Below, one piece after another: positions 49,475 through 63,304 of a stretch of DNA of 64,000 nucleotides. The notes beneath the pieces were generated by a model, which saw only the letters and a list, made by a program, of their open reading frames with translations, was not told where the DNA came from and did no database searches. Numbering within the stretch: the first letter of the stretch is position 1; every line of letters starts with the position of its first letter. Source of the DNA: Vermamoeba vermiformis (lineage: Eukaryota); assembly GCA_045837725.1 (NCBI GenBank), contig JBEWZL010000081.1:1-64000 (forward strand), read 5' to 3'. Made by a program: the position numbers and the translations under genes.

Positions 49475-51048
49475 TTAAAATAACATTGCTATTAAAATAA
49501 CAGACAAGTACGACGCCGTCCAAAACAATGCAGTGGATCCACTCGTCGCTTTCGTTGGAGCAGCAGTCACAGGGGTGCTCATAGGCACAGCTACAGGTAC
49601 CACAGGTCTTGCGCACTTCAATGTGGCATTGCAGCGCTCACTCGCCACGAATTGTCGGTCCAAAGTGTAACTCGCTGTAAAAGTATAATCGGAGAACGAA
49701 ATATCCACGTCAACGTTATTCTTGCACAAATCATCGCTGACGGTGAAATACTGTTCAGTGAAATCAATCTCGCAAGAATCGAATTCTTTCGTCGCACACG
49801 TGACTCCGATCGGTTTGACAATACACGTAGGAACGACCCAAAATTGGCAAGGAATGTTCAACTGTCCATTAAGAGTACATTGTGTCATTACTATGTGATT
49901 ACCAAGCACCATGACACCAGCTCCAAAATAATTGTTTTTCTTGTTATCAATGTCAATGATCGGGATCCAGTTTCTCGTTTCAGTGCTGTTACTATTTAGA
50001 GAATTTCTCCGCTGGACCAATAAGACTTTGCCCAAATTTTGCGTTTGTTCCACGTTTCTTTTTCCTGGCACTAACTCATCGGCTGTTGGTGCACCAAATA
50101 CGAAATTGTCTTGATCCACTGCTGCAAATGCGTACAATCCGAGCAAGGGGCCATCAGCTCCATATACATAACCGATTTGACTCGGCAAAATCCACTCGGT
50201 CGTTATATTCGTAGTCCATTTCTCAGTATTTCTGGTCATGAAGATCAGCTGACCAGGAGCGGATTCACCAGCGTAAGTTGTCGATGAAGCAAGGATAATA
50301 GTGTCGTTGCCGTTGAAATATAGGCTGTACTCAGGATCAAGATATTGCGAGTCCATCACCATTGTCATTTCAAAAACAAAACTGCCGTTGGATGTGCGCG
50401 AGAAAATATTCAAATTGTAATCAGTATCCATGTATATTAGATAATTATCGTCTACTGCGGCATGGTAGATACCATTACCAACTTGAACTCTACTCGGGCC
50501 TATTTTTTGAAACTGATCCCAGGCATCAGATGTAGCATTGTATTTGTAGATCTGGAACGTAAAATCAATAGTGTTGTAAATTACCATAGTGTCGTCTGAA
50601 AGTATTTTCACCCAAGTAATTCCTTCTTTGTTCCAGAAACGGGATTCTGTGGGCTGATCGTTCGAATCTAGTTTGAACAAATAAATGCCAAAGTTATAGA
50701 ACGAGCCAAACCATTTGCCATTAGTAAATAATGTCATATATTGGCCATCTGGACTAACATCGAATCGAGAAACGTTCGTAATAACGCCTTGCGAATCTAT
50801 TTTAAAAATCTGTAAAAATTTCGCATTATTATCGTCTTGTCCCTTCAACATTAAATAATTTCCGTGATAGGTATTGACCAAGGCAAGATTAAAAGTTGAA
50901 TTAAAATCCTCGCTGAGGTTCTGCGGAAGCACAAGCTAAAAAAATAACTGTTAAATCTGGATGGCGGTTAGTTTCATTTGCTTACCACTTGGCTCGATAA
51001 TGCCACTGATATAATAGTTGAAAATACACAAATATAAAGCTTGTTCAT
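49475..51048 (-). CDS. Secreted, probably GPI-anchored surface protein (beta-rich, propeller-like N-terminal part, Cys-containing C-terminal domain)
   Basis: Signal MNKLYICVFSTIISVALSS; one intron ~50936-50985; FG-GAP-like FVFGAP; Pro/Thr spacer; hydrophobic C-terminus without a tail. Confidence 0.7.
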
Positions 51049-51313
51049 TTGTGTATTGTCGAGTATTGAATCAAAGTCAAAGACTGAAAAAAAACGGCTC
51101 GTATTTTAGTCACAGCAAGAATGGCTGTTAATCAATCGCAAGATAGTATAATGCTATTATAGTACCTTTTAAATATATCCTAGAGTCTATTTGGCATAAA
51201 TTTGCGTCGCAAGCCAGATTGAGTGCTTTTGTTGTCCAAAGAGCATTGTTAAGTCATCAGTAGGGCTATTAATTGCTTTAATTAATAATTCAACATGAAG
51301 AATTACTAAGCGG

Positions 51314-52794
51314 CTAGTCAGTGCTGGAATTTTGACGTAGTAACGGATCTCGCAGAGGTTGCAGAGCCACGCTCTGTTGGATCCTTCTATTGTAGTTCTC
51401 ATCACGCGTACGAGCATATATAAACCATAGTTGAATAGTTGTGGGCACAAAATCTATTAAAATAGCAAAATTAGCTCAGATCTTGTTTACGCGTAACGAA
51501 TCTAACTTGCCTGGAATGTACATCGCAAAGGCCCAAAAGAACGTATTAGGAAAGTATAAGTCTGTCATAGGTCTAATATAATAATAGGCGTTAGATCGCG
51601 CAAAACTAAAATTCTGTAGTGTCAATGCGTACCTAAACAAAAGCATGATACTTCTCGACAAGAAACTCAACGAGTATACTAAACTAATGATAAGAATCTT
51701 TTCTATTTTTCTTCTTCGAGGCAATCCTACTGCCGTTGTTCGCGCAGCATGGAACTATAATAAAGTATTGTCAGATCGGCTCAGATGTCGACATTTAAAA
51801 TGACTAGTATCAAAGATCGTACCATTAAACTGCCATACACTAAGAATACTAGTGATATTATGAAGTTCATGACTGTTACTGCATTAATTTGCGCTTCATA
51901 TTGCGGATTGCCGAGGCCCTACGAAAAGATCTGATCAGAAATGTAGCAGAAAAAAGCTGAATCTTAACCAAACAATTGTCATACGAATACTATATCTATA
52001 TTAAAGCATTTGTTAGTATAATTCTTACAGTTCTCCCGTCTTGGATCATTCCCATTACAACAATGGCGTGGATGGCATTGCCCGTGCCAATGACGGCAAC
52101 TAAAATTGATAAAATTCGTTCTAATTTCTTCTTAGTAATTTTGCGTCGCATCATTGCTTGATTCATTGAAATAACCCTGAAAATATGGCTTGCATTAGAT
52201 CGGATCAATTTTGTGTACGCAGATTCGGCTTACCATTGTATACCAACAAGCATAAATGCAGTATAGCTTAATGTAAATGCTAGTCTTAATGTTATAAAGC
52301 TAGCGCGCGCTAAATTGAACACCGAAGCAAATTGCCAAGGAACTCGCACTGTAGGAAATTACTGGTTAATCGAAATATAATCACTAATAATATCATAATA
52401 TAAACAGACTATAAGGAATCATTAAAAAGTAGTTGGTACGGTAAATTAGACGGATCGCGCAATATCAGATGGAAAAAATCTTCTAGAAAATTCTATAAAT
52501 GCTCTTACCGAATGCCATAAGTATAGACATAATAATAAATAATAAATGGCACCATTCTCGATGTTTCAAATTCCTCCGCCGTAGTGTTTGTAAATATTCT
52601 GTTTTGACTAAAACAATAATTCCCCAGTTCGCCAATAAAACGTAGATTATAATCGCTATAATAGGGACTACCAATTCTTCTGGTCTGCCTTGAAAACTAG
52701 GTGGAGGTTTGGGCGACAGAAACGTTCCAGTTGCTGGAAAAATCGGATTAGCGTTAGATCTTGATAACTGTCGATCAAACTTACTTTCTGCCAT
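51314..52794 (-). CDS. Seven-transmembrane protein (GPR137/THH1-TOM1-like); last intron is GC-AG
   Basis: Series of hydrophobic helices across exons; TM6 LVYSLSFLSRSI; TM7 AMYIP|DFVPTTIQLWFI obtained with GC-AG intron 51454-51510; TAG at 51314. Confidence 0.7.
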
Positions 52795-53382
52795 TATTTA
52801 TGATAAATATATATTACAGATTAAACATGATCATTAGTTGTGCATTAATTGACGAAATAAAATTGAAAAATGTAAACCGAAATGTCAGTGACTCAAAGTC
52901 TCCTACTCACAAACTCATATCATGATCGACAACGGTAATAATATTACAATTATATCCTTCTTGTCGATGAACAATGCCTTTAGAACAGGTACGAAACAGT
53001 ACGCGAGGTTTTCTCTTTACAACTTTACAACTCACTTACCTCGCGTGTAACTAATAGGAAGGGATTTTAAAATTAATTAAAATTGTTTAAAACCCATGTA
53101 TGACCAGTTAAGTATACATTTGTTGACCTTCATGAAGAAAGAATTGGATTCCGTATCCGCACCAGTTGGAACAGGCTTTAATAATTAATATTCTGGTCGA
53201 GCATTATAATTACGGTATACCCTACAGAAGGTTCTTGTTGTGTGTGGTAATCAGTTCGTTTCAGTGAAAAGTTGTGGCCCTGGTGAGTAAAGTTTTGGTT
53301 TCACTGCGGAACTCTTCTTTTTCAAGTTGAACACGCGCGACAACACTCATTCGCAAATATCAACGGTCTTATATTAAACTAA

Positions 53383-55854
53383 ATGAGCTCAGACAACCCC
53401 TTTGAAACACTCGCAGATTTGGAAAGAAAAAGAAAGATGAATGCGCAACAAAAAGGAAAACAAACCGGAGGAGGACAAGCGAAGACCGGAGGCAAAAAGA
53501 AAGCACCGACTGCTAAGAGCGGAGAATTAACTCCACAAGACCGTTATCAAAAAGAGGTATTGCAGTTAATTAATTTTTTTCTTTATTTTCCAAAAATATT
53601 TCTCTAACCGTAGATGCGGTGCAAACCTCCCGATTTCGTTATAATATATTACCATCGAAAGAGTCAATATTTTAGTAATTTTTTTAGCGGCTAAATTTCA
53701 ATTACAAAAAGCTCATCCTTTTTTTCCCTTCAGATACAAAAAATTAAAGACGTATTGCCTCACATCCCAGAAGAAACAGTTATTAAACAATTATCCGAGC
53801 TCAACGGAAACGTAGATCTAGTATTAATGAAATTACTGGAGTTTGGTAAGACATCCATCCCACAAAATAATTTTGAATTTCTTTCAATATTCATAGTAGA
53901 TAATTACTGCTATTAATTACAATTCCAACGTGTCCAAAATATTTAATTCTTATTTTTATTCGTTATAGACGCTGGTGACAGCTCGAAAAACACTTCAAGC
54001 TCTTCATCTAAATCCACCAACGCCGCCAAAAACACTCCGCCCACGACTAAAGCCACAACTACAGCCGCGGCAAATAACAATGTCAATCAAGGCTTTACAC
54101 AGCCTAAATATCACACAAAAAGTGCGCGACAGGCAGATTCGAAACAATCGCCGTCAGAAGCGCCGAAGAAATTCGCAGGTCAGGGCCCTGCAAATAGCCG
54201 CGGCTACTCGCAAGAAGGAGCTAATAATAGAACATACCCGCCCAACACCAACACTTACCCCGCCAAAAGTTCCGCAAAGGGCGGATCTGCCCCGTCACCA
54301 CAACAGACTGGTGGTCGTGGCGGAGGAGCACGTGACAGCAATAATTACGCGACATCGCAGCAGTCACGTGGCGGCAATGCAGTGCTGCCAAAGGGACCAC
54401 AACCACGTGACGTCCCAGCCAAGCCCGCAACTGTTATGAATTACAGTGCGGCTGTAAATAGAAACATGCCTGCCAAGCCACAACCCACGCCACAACAACA
54501 ATTCAGTGCCGCTGAAGCTTTGCTCGCCACACTCGAGGACGATGACTTTGGTGAGGAGGAGTACCAGGACTTTGATCCACGTGACTTTTTGGACGAAGGC
54601 GCGATGGGCGAGGACTACATTCCTGAGGACTACGACCCCGCAGAGGACGACGAGGAAGTGACGCAAGAGCTGAACATTACCGAGTCGAGTGTGCACACCT
54701 TGACGGACTCGAAAGACGTCACGGTGAATTCAGTCACTGTCACCACGGACACCGCGGTCACTGAGCCTCCTTCACTGCTCAACGGCGGTCAACCAATCAC
54801 GCGTCACGTGCAAGAACAGCACACTGTGACTGAAGTGGTCGAAGTCAACAATGACAAGGCCAACAGCGGTAATCCCGCACTCCCTGCTGCTGCTGGTTAT
54901 GAATTCCCAGCTGACAGAGCTAACCCTAACACAGTGCCCGCCGAGGCTTATCAACAAGTAAGTACATTATATGAATATATTGTAATATTACAAAAATTTT
55001 TAGTGCGAGATCCGCATCCGTACCGAGATCTGGACAAAACTTTTTTTACCTTTGCTAATAATCAGATTACATGTCTTTATGGATATAATGCTAATTACTA
55101 TCATTTATAGCTTATTGTATTAAATATCCAAGCTGCACAAAGAATTGCCACTTTGGAAACTTTATTGCAACAAGTTGCCGCGAAGACAGAAAAATTAGAA
55201 GTTCAAAACAATGAAATGCAAACAGTGTGCCAACAACTCGTCAAGACCTGCTTGTACTTGTCAGAACAACAAGCCAAGCTTCAAACAGCCGTTTCAAGCG
55301 GTTTCCCTCAACAACAAGGCGGTCAACAGCCACCGCAAGCCCAGCCCCCGCAACAACCCAGCTCTTTCCCGCCGCAACCGAGCAACCAGTACCCGCAGCA
55401 ATACCAACAACCCACTGCTCAAGCGCAGTCCCAAGCACCCCAAGCCAAGCCGCAACAAGGCATGTTGACTCAAGGCCCGAGCCAAGGCGTCAACCCGGCC
55501 CAACCCGCGCCTCAACAGCCCCAACCCATGCCCGCGATGTACGCGCAGTCCAACATGAACAAACAACAAGCCGGCTTTGCTGGTCAATTGCCGCACGGTT
55601 ACCCATCCATGCACCACCAGTACGGCTCCTCGCCGCAGAACCAATCGCCGTTGATGCAACAGCAGTTCTTCCCGCAAGGCAATCAGCCGGGCTACGGCTA
55701 CCCACCGCAGGGCATGCACCACAACCCTGCGCAGAACCGTGGCTTCCCGCAGTACTCCCCGCAGTTTGGCATGCAAGGTCACATGGGACTCGATCCGGAG
55801 ATCATTGAGGGCATCGTGCGCGATCAGCGCAATGCTGCTGAGCAAATGAAATAA
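53383..55854 (+). CDS. CUE-domain protein with RGG, acidic, coiled-coil and Q/P-rich low-complexity regions (Def1-like architecture)
   Basis: IQKIKDVLPHIPEETVIKQLSELNGNVDLVLMKLLE; exons join in frame; C-terminal Q/P/G/Y-rich region. Confidence 0.75.
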
Positions 55855-56402
55855 GATCGTGTCCTGGTCAATGTGGTGCAGATCTGTCGCACCCGAAACC
55901 AGATCTGGCGATAAGTTAATGTAACGAAGGCAAGTAAAAGTAAATAATGTTCAAATAGCTTTCGTTTAGCTCGTGCTAGAATTCAGTGCATAATTGAGAG
56001 TGCTGACGTGCGGGCAGTAATGTTCGAAAAAACGCCGTTTGGGGAGTTCGAGTGAGACTCGGATGTAGCAGAATACGTCAAACAAGGACGTCTACTACCA
56101 TTCCCTGTTGAAATGAAATTATTACTCATTAATGATTTGTTAAATTAATTTGAGAAACGAATAATTGTTGTGAACAGAAAATCATGAGAACGATGTAAAA
56201 ATCTGTTTTTCTATAAATTAATTGAGACGTAGGCATAAGTAAGTATAGTCTTTTTGATTGCGCAGTAATACTACAGAGGCAGAGAAATTCTGCATCCAAC
56301 GCTCTCTTCTACTTGATTCTATTTTCTTTCATTAAATCAAGCTAATTTAGTACTAGTATTAAATTAGAATTATGCTAATAGAATTTATTTAGGTGTCCAG
56401 CT

Positions 56403-58178
56403 ATGAATTCGCTTCCACCAGAGACGCTGATGATAATTGTGTCATTTTTGGACGACAAAAACAAGCGGATCTTGCGTTCATTATCTTCACAATGGTTCAA
56501 CTTTATTAAATACAACAATTTCACGCTATATTTAACTCGAGAAGCCGATCTACCCCAGATCGCCGACAGATTTTCAAAATATCCGTGGCCGATAGAACTA
56601 GACTTCCGAAAGCCTCATAAACTCCAATACGATCAATTGAAGAATTATTTGACACGAATTACAACCCTCACTGGCCTGAAATTACGAAGTTTTAACGGAA
56701 CACTCAGCAAAGAAGATTCGGTTTCCTTGACAGCGCTAACAAGCCTCAATTCACTCGATGGACAATTAAGAATGGATTTGTTAGGCAATTTTACCAATCT
56801 TACGAGCATCAAGCTATTTGAAAACACATTTTATGCCAAACTTATGGAAAAATTTCAGATCTACACCAAATTGGAGTCCGTCTCATTATTTTTCAATGTG
56901 TATAAACGAGACGATATATTCCAATATTTCAGCAATCCCACAAGATTAACAGCATTGGAATTACGCAATTATGGACTTCAAAATACTGAAAATACAAGTC
57001 GCTTCGTTAATTTGAAAGTCCTTGGCCATCAAACTAGCGAGAAATTGTCGTTGAAATTTCCAGCCTTAGAAGAATTATATTCGAATAGGCCAGAGTTATT
57101 AGCTGGCCTCGAAACATGTTCGAAGTTGACCAGATTAGATTTGGAACAAGAATCTTCTGGTGAAATGGCTGACTTGGTGACCTATTCAACGTGCATAAAA
57201 GCTCTGACTAAGCTCAAAAAACTTCGATTATATCATAAATACATTAGCAACATTGATCAAACGATGAAAGTTTTGACAGTCTTGCCGGATCTGGAAGATT
57301 TCTGTTTTTATCCATCGTACGGAGAACATTTCTTTGATAATGTATTTTCATATATTATTTCGAAGAAATTGACACGATTGGTGTGCTTATTAAACGATGA
57401 CAAACGATCTAGCGGAAAGTCAACGTCAAGCTGCATCCAGCAGATCGGAAAAATTTCAACGCTGAAAGAGTTATCTATGCGAATAGAATATCAGCCCGTG
57501 GGATTTTTTTTTACTAAGGCAATTGACTATGACCCATTAATGAACTTGACGAACTTGATCAAGCTCAAAATTATCATGCGGGCGGAAGACAAAGTACACA
57601 ATTTGCAAAAAATCAGCAAATTAACCAAATTAAGGAAGTTGGAGTTATCCGCACCTAAGTACCTCGAAGCAAATTTAGTGACATTGACTAATTTGGAAAA
57701 ACTGGTGATCTCAACGATCAATCAAAAAACATTTGACACGATCCATACTTTGACGCTTTTGACACATTTGCATGTCACGGTCAATTCCGAGAAAATTAAT
57801 AATTTCAGCACGCTAGATAAGCTCTTGTTGTTACGTAGCTTGAATATTAGACCTATCACTGGCATGGCGGATTGGAAAAATTTGACACTTTTGACAGATC
57901 TGCGTGAACTCTGGATCTCCAAGTTTGACACGAACGACAGCATCCGACGATTGACATCTTTGCAGAATTTGACATATTTGCATTGCGTCCGATCAAAATG
58001 TTCCGCTTCAAGTTTTACAGCGCTGACGTCACTTCAAAAGCTATTTTTAGTCTCAGAAAGTTACAGCACGACAGCAGAGAATCAAATTCTTCAAGCATTG
58101 ACCAATTTACGCGATTGGCGCTTGCAACCAGAAGGCGGCTTTGATTTGTACTTGGGTCCCGAAGATACCTACTACTAA
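56403..58178 (+). CDS. F-box plus leucine-rich-repeat protein, intronless
   Basis: MNSLPPETLMIIVSFLD...LSSQW; repeated LTxLxxL motifs over 591 aa. Confidence 0.88.
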   Translation: MNSLPPETLMIIVSFLDDKNKRILRSLSSQWFNFIKYNNFTLYLTREADLPQIADRFSKYPWPIELDFRKPHKLQYDQLKNYLTRITTLTGLKLRSFNGTLSKEDSVSLTALTSLNSLDGQLRMDLLGNFTNLTSIKLFENTFYAKLMEKFQIYTKLESVSLFFNVYKRDDIFQYFSNPTRLTALELRNYGLQNTENTSRFVNLKVLGHQTSEKLSLKFPALEELYSNRPELLAGLETCSKLTRLDLEQESSGEMADLVTYSTCIKALTKLKKLRLYHKYISNIDQTMKVLTVLPDLEDFCFYPSYGEHFFDNVFSYIISKKLTRLVCLLNDDKRSSGKSTSSCIQQIGKISTLKELSMRIEYQPVGFFFTKAIDYDPLMNLTNLIKLKIIMRAEDKVHNLQKISKLTKLRKLELSAPKYLEANLVTLTNLEKLVISTINQKTFDTIHTLTLLTHLHVTVNSEKINNFSTLDKLLLLRSLNIRPITGMADWKNLTLLTDLRELWISKFDTNDSIRRLTSLQNLTYLHCVRSKCSASSFTALTSLQKLFLVSESYSTTAENQILQALTNLRDWRLQPEGGFDLYLGPEDTYY

Positions 58179-58302
58179 CTTCTCTTTACTTTGTATTTAA
58201 GTTAGTTGTCGTTTGCTAGTAAAATTCAACTCATTTTCGTAACTTAGACTTTTCTTAGATTGTCATTGGCGGAACAAATTTTTATTCGGTAGAATTCAGA
58301 AT

Positions 58303-60343
58303 TTACAATTTGGCTTGCAACGGCTTGTATTTTCTGTACAAAGTAATTACGGCAGTGCTGCCCAGTCCAAAGTTCTGTTGCAATCCAACTTTAGCGTTCT
58401 TCACTTGTCGTTTGTCTGCTTCGCCGCGTAACTGCATCCGAAATTAGTTCGAGTTTTCTAAACAAATAAATCTCAATTCGTACCTGCCAACAGAGCTCAG
58501 CGCATTGTCCAAGACCGGTAGCGCCAATAGGATGACCTTTTGATTCCAATCCACCGCTAAAAAAAAAACAAAATTAGAAATGATCCGGATTCGCAAAACT
58601 TCAAGAGGAATTCGTCTGACATATTATTCATAATAATGAACATAATTATCATACCTTGGATTAACAACCCATCGCTTGCCAATTTTGAACAGTTCTCCGC
58701 CCTTGGCATTTTTCGTCCACTTGCCGCTCTCCACCAGTTTTCCCGCCTCTGAAACAAATGACACGTGTCATCAATCTGAACAATATGACGCGTAATCTGT
58801 TGTACTCACCGCCTTCTTTACATAGTCCTAGTGCCTCGTATAAAATCAACTCGTGGCACGAGAAACAGTCGTGCAATTCGATCACATCCACGTCGTTGAT
58901 GGTCAAATTTGCTTCGGATAAAACTTTTTCTGCGCCTCTTTTGTTCATTTGATAACCGATTAAATTCAAATGACTATATTTGGAAGTATTAGGAAGGTAC
59001 TTCGGCGAATTTAAAAAAGAGATCTAGAATTTACCTTGGATTTGACTTATCGAAGGACTCGATAGTGTCAGTAATCATTGCCTGCGATAAAATTTCAACG
59101 GCGTTGTCTTCTAAGCCATGATCGTGCACAAATTTCTCGGAACAAACGATTGCTGCAGCTGCGCCATCGGCCGTAGGACATGACTATAAAAGGAAATTAC
59201 GTCAAAAATGTGTAATGAGCGCTACGATATGTAATAAATAATCCAATATTGTATCCTATTAGTTTGAAATATTTTTTGATGCGGATCTGGTTTTGTACCT
59301 GAATGGCATTGATCGGTCCATAAATAGCTTTCATATTCTCAATCAAATCCAAAGGGAATTCTTTTTGAATCTGCGCATAGGGATTATTCACTGAATGCTT
59401 ATGATTTTTATAGGCAATCATAGCGAAGTGTTTGTTCGTAGTGCCGTATTTGCGTTGATGTTCTAAAGCTGCATCTCCGAACATTTTCAAAACTCCAGCT
59501 GTCATCTCGTTCATAGTGCCAAGTGGCTCTCTGTTGTATAATTAGAATTAAATACATTATTTAAACGAGTTTACTAGATTTCTTTACCTTGAAGATCCGC
59601 ATTCGTACGTGCGTTCAAAATGTTTGGCGACAGGGCTAGTAAAATCAGTATTAAATAATTATATTAAATATTATCGTACCTAGTGTATCCAGAATCGGTG
59701 AACTATAAGAAAATAATGTTAACTAAGGTGAGCGGTGGAGTAAATTTTGGATGTACCTTTTGAGTAAGTCCTTTTTCCATCTTTTCGAAGCCCAATGCTA
59801 GTGCGCAATCATATTGACCAGATAATATCATATTTCTTGCTAAAAATAGCGCGGTAGATCCCGTGGAGCAATTATTATTTACGTTGCAAATTGGGACTCC
59901 TGTTAAACCCAGCTCATATACAACACGTTGTCCTAAAATATTGTACATTAATTAATAAGTGCAATTAATATTCAATTGGCCTTAAAGATTCTGCTGTAAA
60001 GAAATTTTCAATGCGCCGCTCCAGATTGATCAAAAGACACGCGACGAAAAGTGACTTACCGCAAGTAGGATCACCATAATTATATCCTGCTACGACTGTT
60101 TTAATATCTTGATATGAAATTTTCGCATCGTGAAGTGCTCTTTCGCAAGCGAGTTTGCCCATCTGTGGGTAATCCGCACCTTGACCAGCTTTTTCAAACC
60201 TAAATATTATAGGCTATTAAAATATAATATTTAAGACGGTATATTATTGAAATTTGAATAAATAAAAATCTTCGTACGAGATTGAGCAAAACTTACTTGG
60301 TCATGCCTACACCAACCACGAAAACTCGTTGTTTCGCCGTCAT
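58303..60343 (-). CDS. Peroxisomal SCP2-type thiolase (SCPx thiolase domain without the sterol-carrier domain)
   Basis: [54 protein letters not shown]; ends with the PTS1 AKL-stop. Confidence 0.93.
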
Positions 60344-60481
60344 TATTGTAGTAATATTAATATTGAGTTAAAGTAGCACTTAAATATGAAATTTGTGTTG
60401 AATACAAAGGGCAGATCAAAACAATAAATTTTGTTTTCTCTTTGCGGAGATTAGATCGCACAAATTTTCACACAAGTAACC

Positions 60482-61345
<864 letters not shown>

Positions 61346-61612
61346 ATTATTTTATTATTATAGATGTTTTAATAGTACGCGTAGCTTTATTTATAAACGA
61401 ATCCAGTTTCTTGAACAAAAATCCCAGGGCCGATAGCCTGAAGTTCGACGTTATTATAGTATTTGCCGTATGTTCGTGGTCTATTGATTTCGGTGCACTA
61501 TTTTCGGCGGTCACGTGCTGGATCCAAAGGACTCTTTCTGATGTCACATGTTTTCGTTTCGTTCACCGTGCCTATTTATCTAAGCTGTACATTACAAGTT
61601 TATTCGTGCTAT

Positions 61613-62935
61613 TTAACATTTCTTCTTCTTGTAGATGACTCGTCTGATAATAGTGTCTTTGAATATTGCATTTGAAATTGCTCCGAAATCCAGTGGTACT
61701 CCTGGAATGGTCACTGACGACACGACAATGGGCCAAATATCGCGCGGGAGTGGCAACGATGAGATCTGCCGTGCAATGTTGAACAGGACTACGATCAGAT
61801 CTCGTACTCGTTCATTTTGTTGCCGAATGTTCCGATACGCAAAAGCCGGATATTCCCATGCACCGCTTATTATATATCTGCATTGCCTAATCGATTCTGA
61901 TTCGCTAAGGATTGTCATGAAATTGTCTACGTTCCAAGGCACATCCGAAAGAAAATCTAATTTCGTTAATTTTCTCATCGATCGTAGTGCTTTTGCTATA
62001 TTTAGCCAAGGTTCTGGCGACTTTTCGGCAGCAGGTCCACTAAAAAGCAATTTTCTGATATTACTTTTTGCCAACGCATCCAGCAAAACTTGAAGTCTGG
62101 TCGGTGCCTTCGGTGTAAGATTAATTTTTATGCATCGCAAATTTGTCGTCTTTGTTACTAGGTTTGCTAAATATGGTATTACTTCATCTCCAGAAATCTT
62201 ACTAAATTGAAATGACTTCAATTGATCGTGTTTGATCACGTGATCGATGAACTTTAAAAAGTGTCCATCGGGGGCCACAGGCAATTCGTCTTCGAAGAAA
62301 ATTCCATCCATACAGTCGATGTGATTGACATTTGTTGTTTGCAATACTTCAATTAGTTGTCGATAAAGACCGTCGTTGTCCACCAAACTGAGTATTTCTA
62401 ATTTGAAGTTTTTAGCTGGTACATTCAGTCCTTTAATACTGTCCAGAATTTCCTCTAAATCTTCAGGTTCAATTTGTAGTTCTAACTTTTTGAGCGGGCG
62501 GTTATTGAGTCTGATCGAGTTGGTAAAGCTATCAAAGGCTTCGTGGTCTATCTCATCGAGTATTGATAGCCGAATCTCCTCTATTGATCGATTATGTGCC
62601 AACATCGCCGAGTAACCACAGATCGGACGCATCTACCGAAAATTCGATAACGAGAGATTTTGGGGATGTTGAAGTCTTCAGCACTTGACATACATTGCTG
62701 AATGAGTCTTTAAAATCTCCACTAACAAACACACCCTTTTCCACAAGATTGTAAACTTCTCCTGGCCGCATCTTCATCCCCAGTATCGACGTCAAAAATC
62801 CAATCTTTAAGTAATTAAAATAATAGTTTAAATTATAAGCGACGAAAATAGTTAGTAAAAATTCCGGAATTGAAAATGAGTTTAATAGTTCTTGGATGCC
62901 CTACTTACGTTTATTATTTGTGGATTGTTCTCCAT
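61613..62935 (-). CDS. RNI-like leucine-rich-repeat protein with a C-terminal LP-containing helical motif; apparent frameshift near 62605
   Basis: ATG exon at 62935; ORFs 62592-62795 and 61613-62632 overlap out of frame; LRR-like segments LKKLEL, LRCIKI, IRKLLF, LTKLDF; LPLPRDIWPIVV near the end. Confidence 0.65.
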
Positions 62936-63130
62936 GATCGATTAATATTAATTATAAATATTATTATGACTTTGTCACAAGTGGTCGTGATCTTGTGGTC
63001 GTGATTGAACTGTATTTTGTAAAATAAAAATTGTTGCTTCATTGACGTAGATATCTGATGAAGAAATTTCTTTATTAGAGTATAGGATGATCTTTAGATT
63101 TTAAAGTTCTGTAGAAATAATGTAACACTA

Positions 63131-63281
<151 letters not shown>

Positions 63282-63304
63282 TTATTGCTTCCACAGTAAC
63301 AAAG

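Larger units (their letters stand above)
1644..58770. promoter_or_regulatory. Dispersed 12-bp palindrome TGACACGTGTCA at 1644, 5766, 30355, 37203, 41494, 41574 and 58759 (putative protein-binding element)
   Basis: Seven exact copies read from the sequence, with partial copies at 9258, 25416 and 39894. Function is inferred only. Confidence 0.55.

Noticed and set aside
52880..53181. YTFVDLHEERIGFR resembling a pepsin-family C-terminus
   Set aside because: Single short motif, no DTG motif and no coherent ORF.
55211..55845. Overlapping alternative-frame and antisense ORFs
   Set aside because: By-product of GC-rich Q/P codon usage in the CUE-protein exon.
57640..57980. Many TTGACA/TTGAC words in the F-box-LRR gene (sigma70 -35-like or palindrome half-sites)
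   Set aside because: Explained by Leu-Thr and Phe-Asp codons of the LRRs; the context is eukaryotic and there is no full palindrome.
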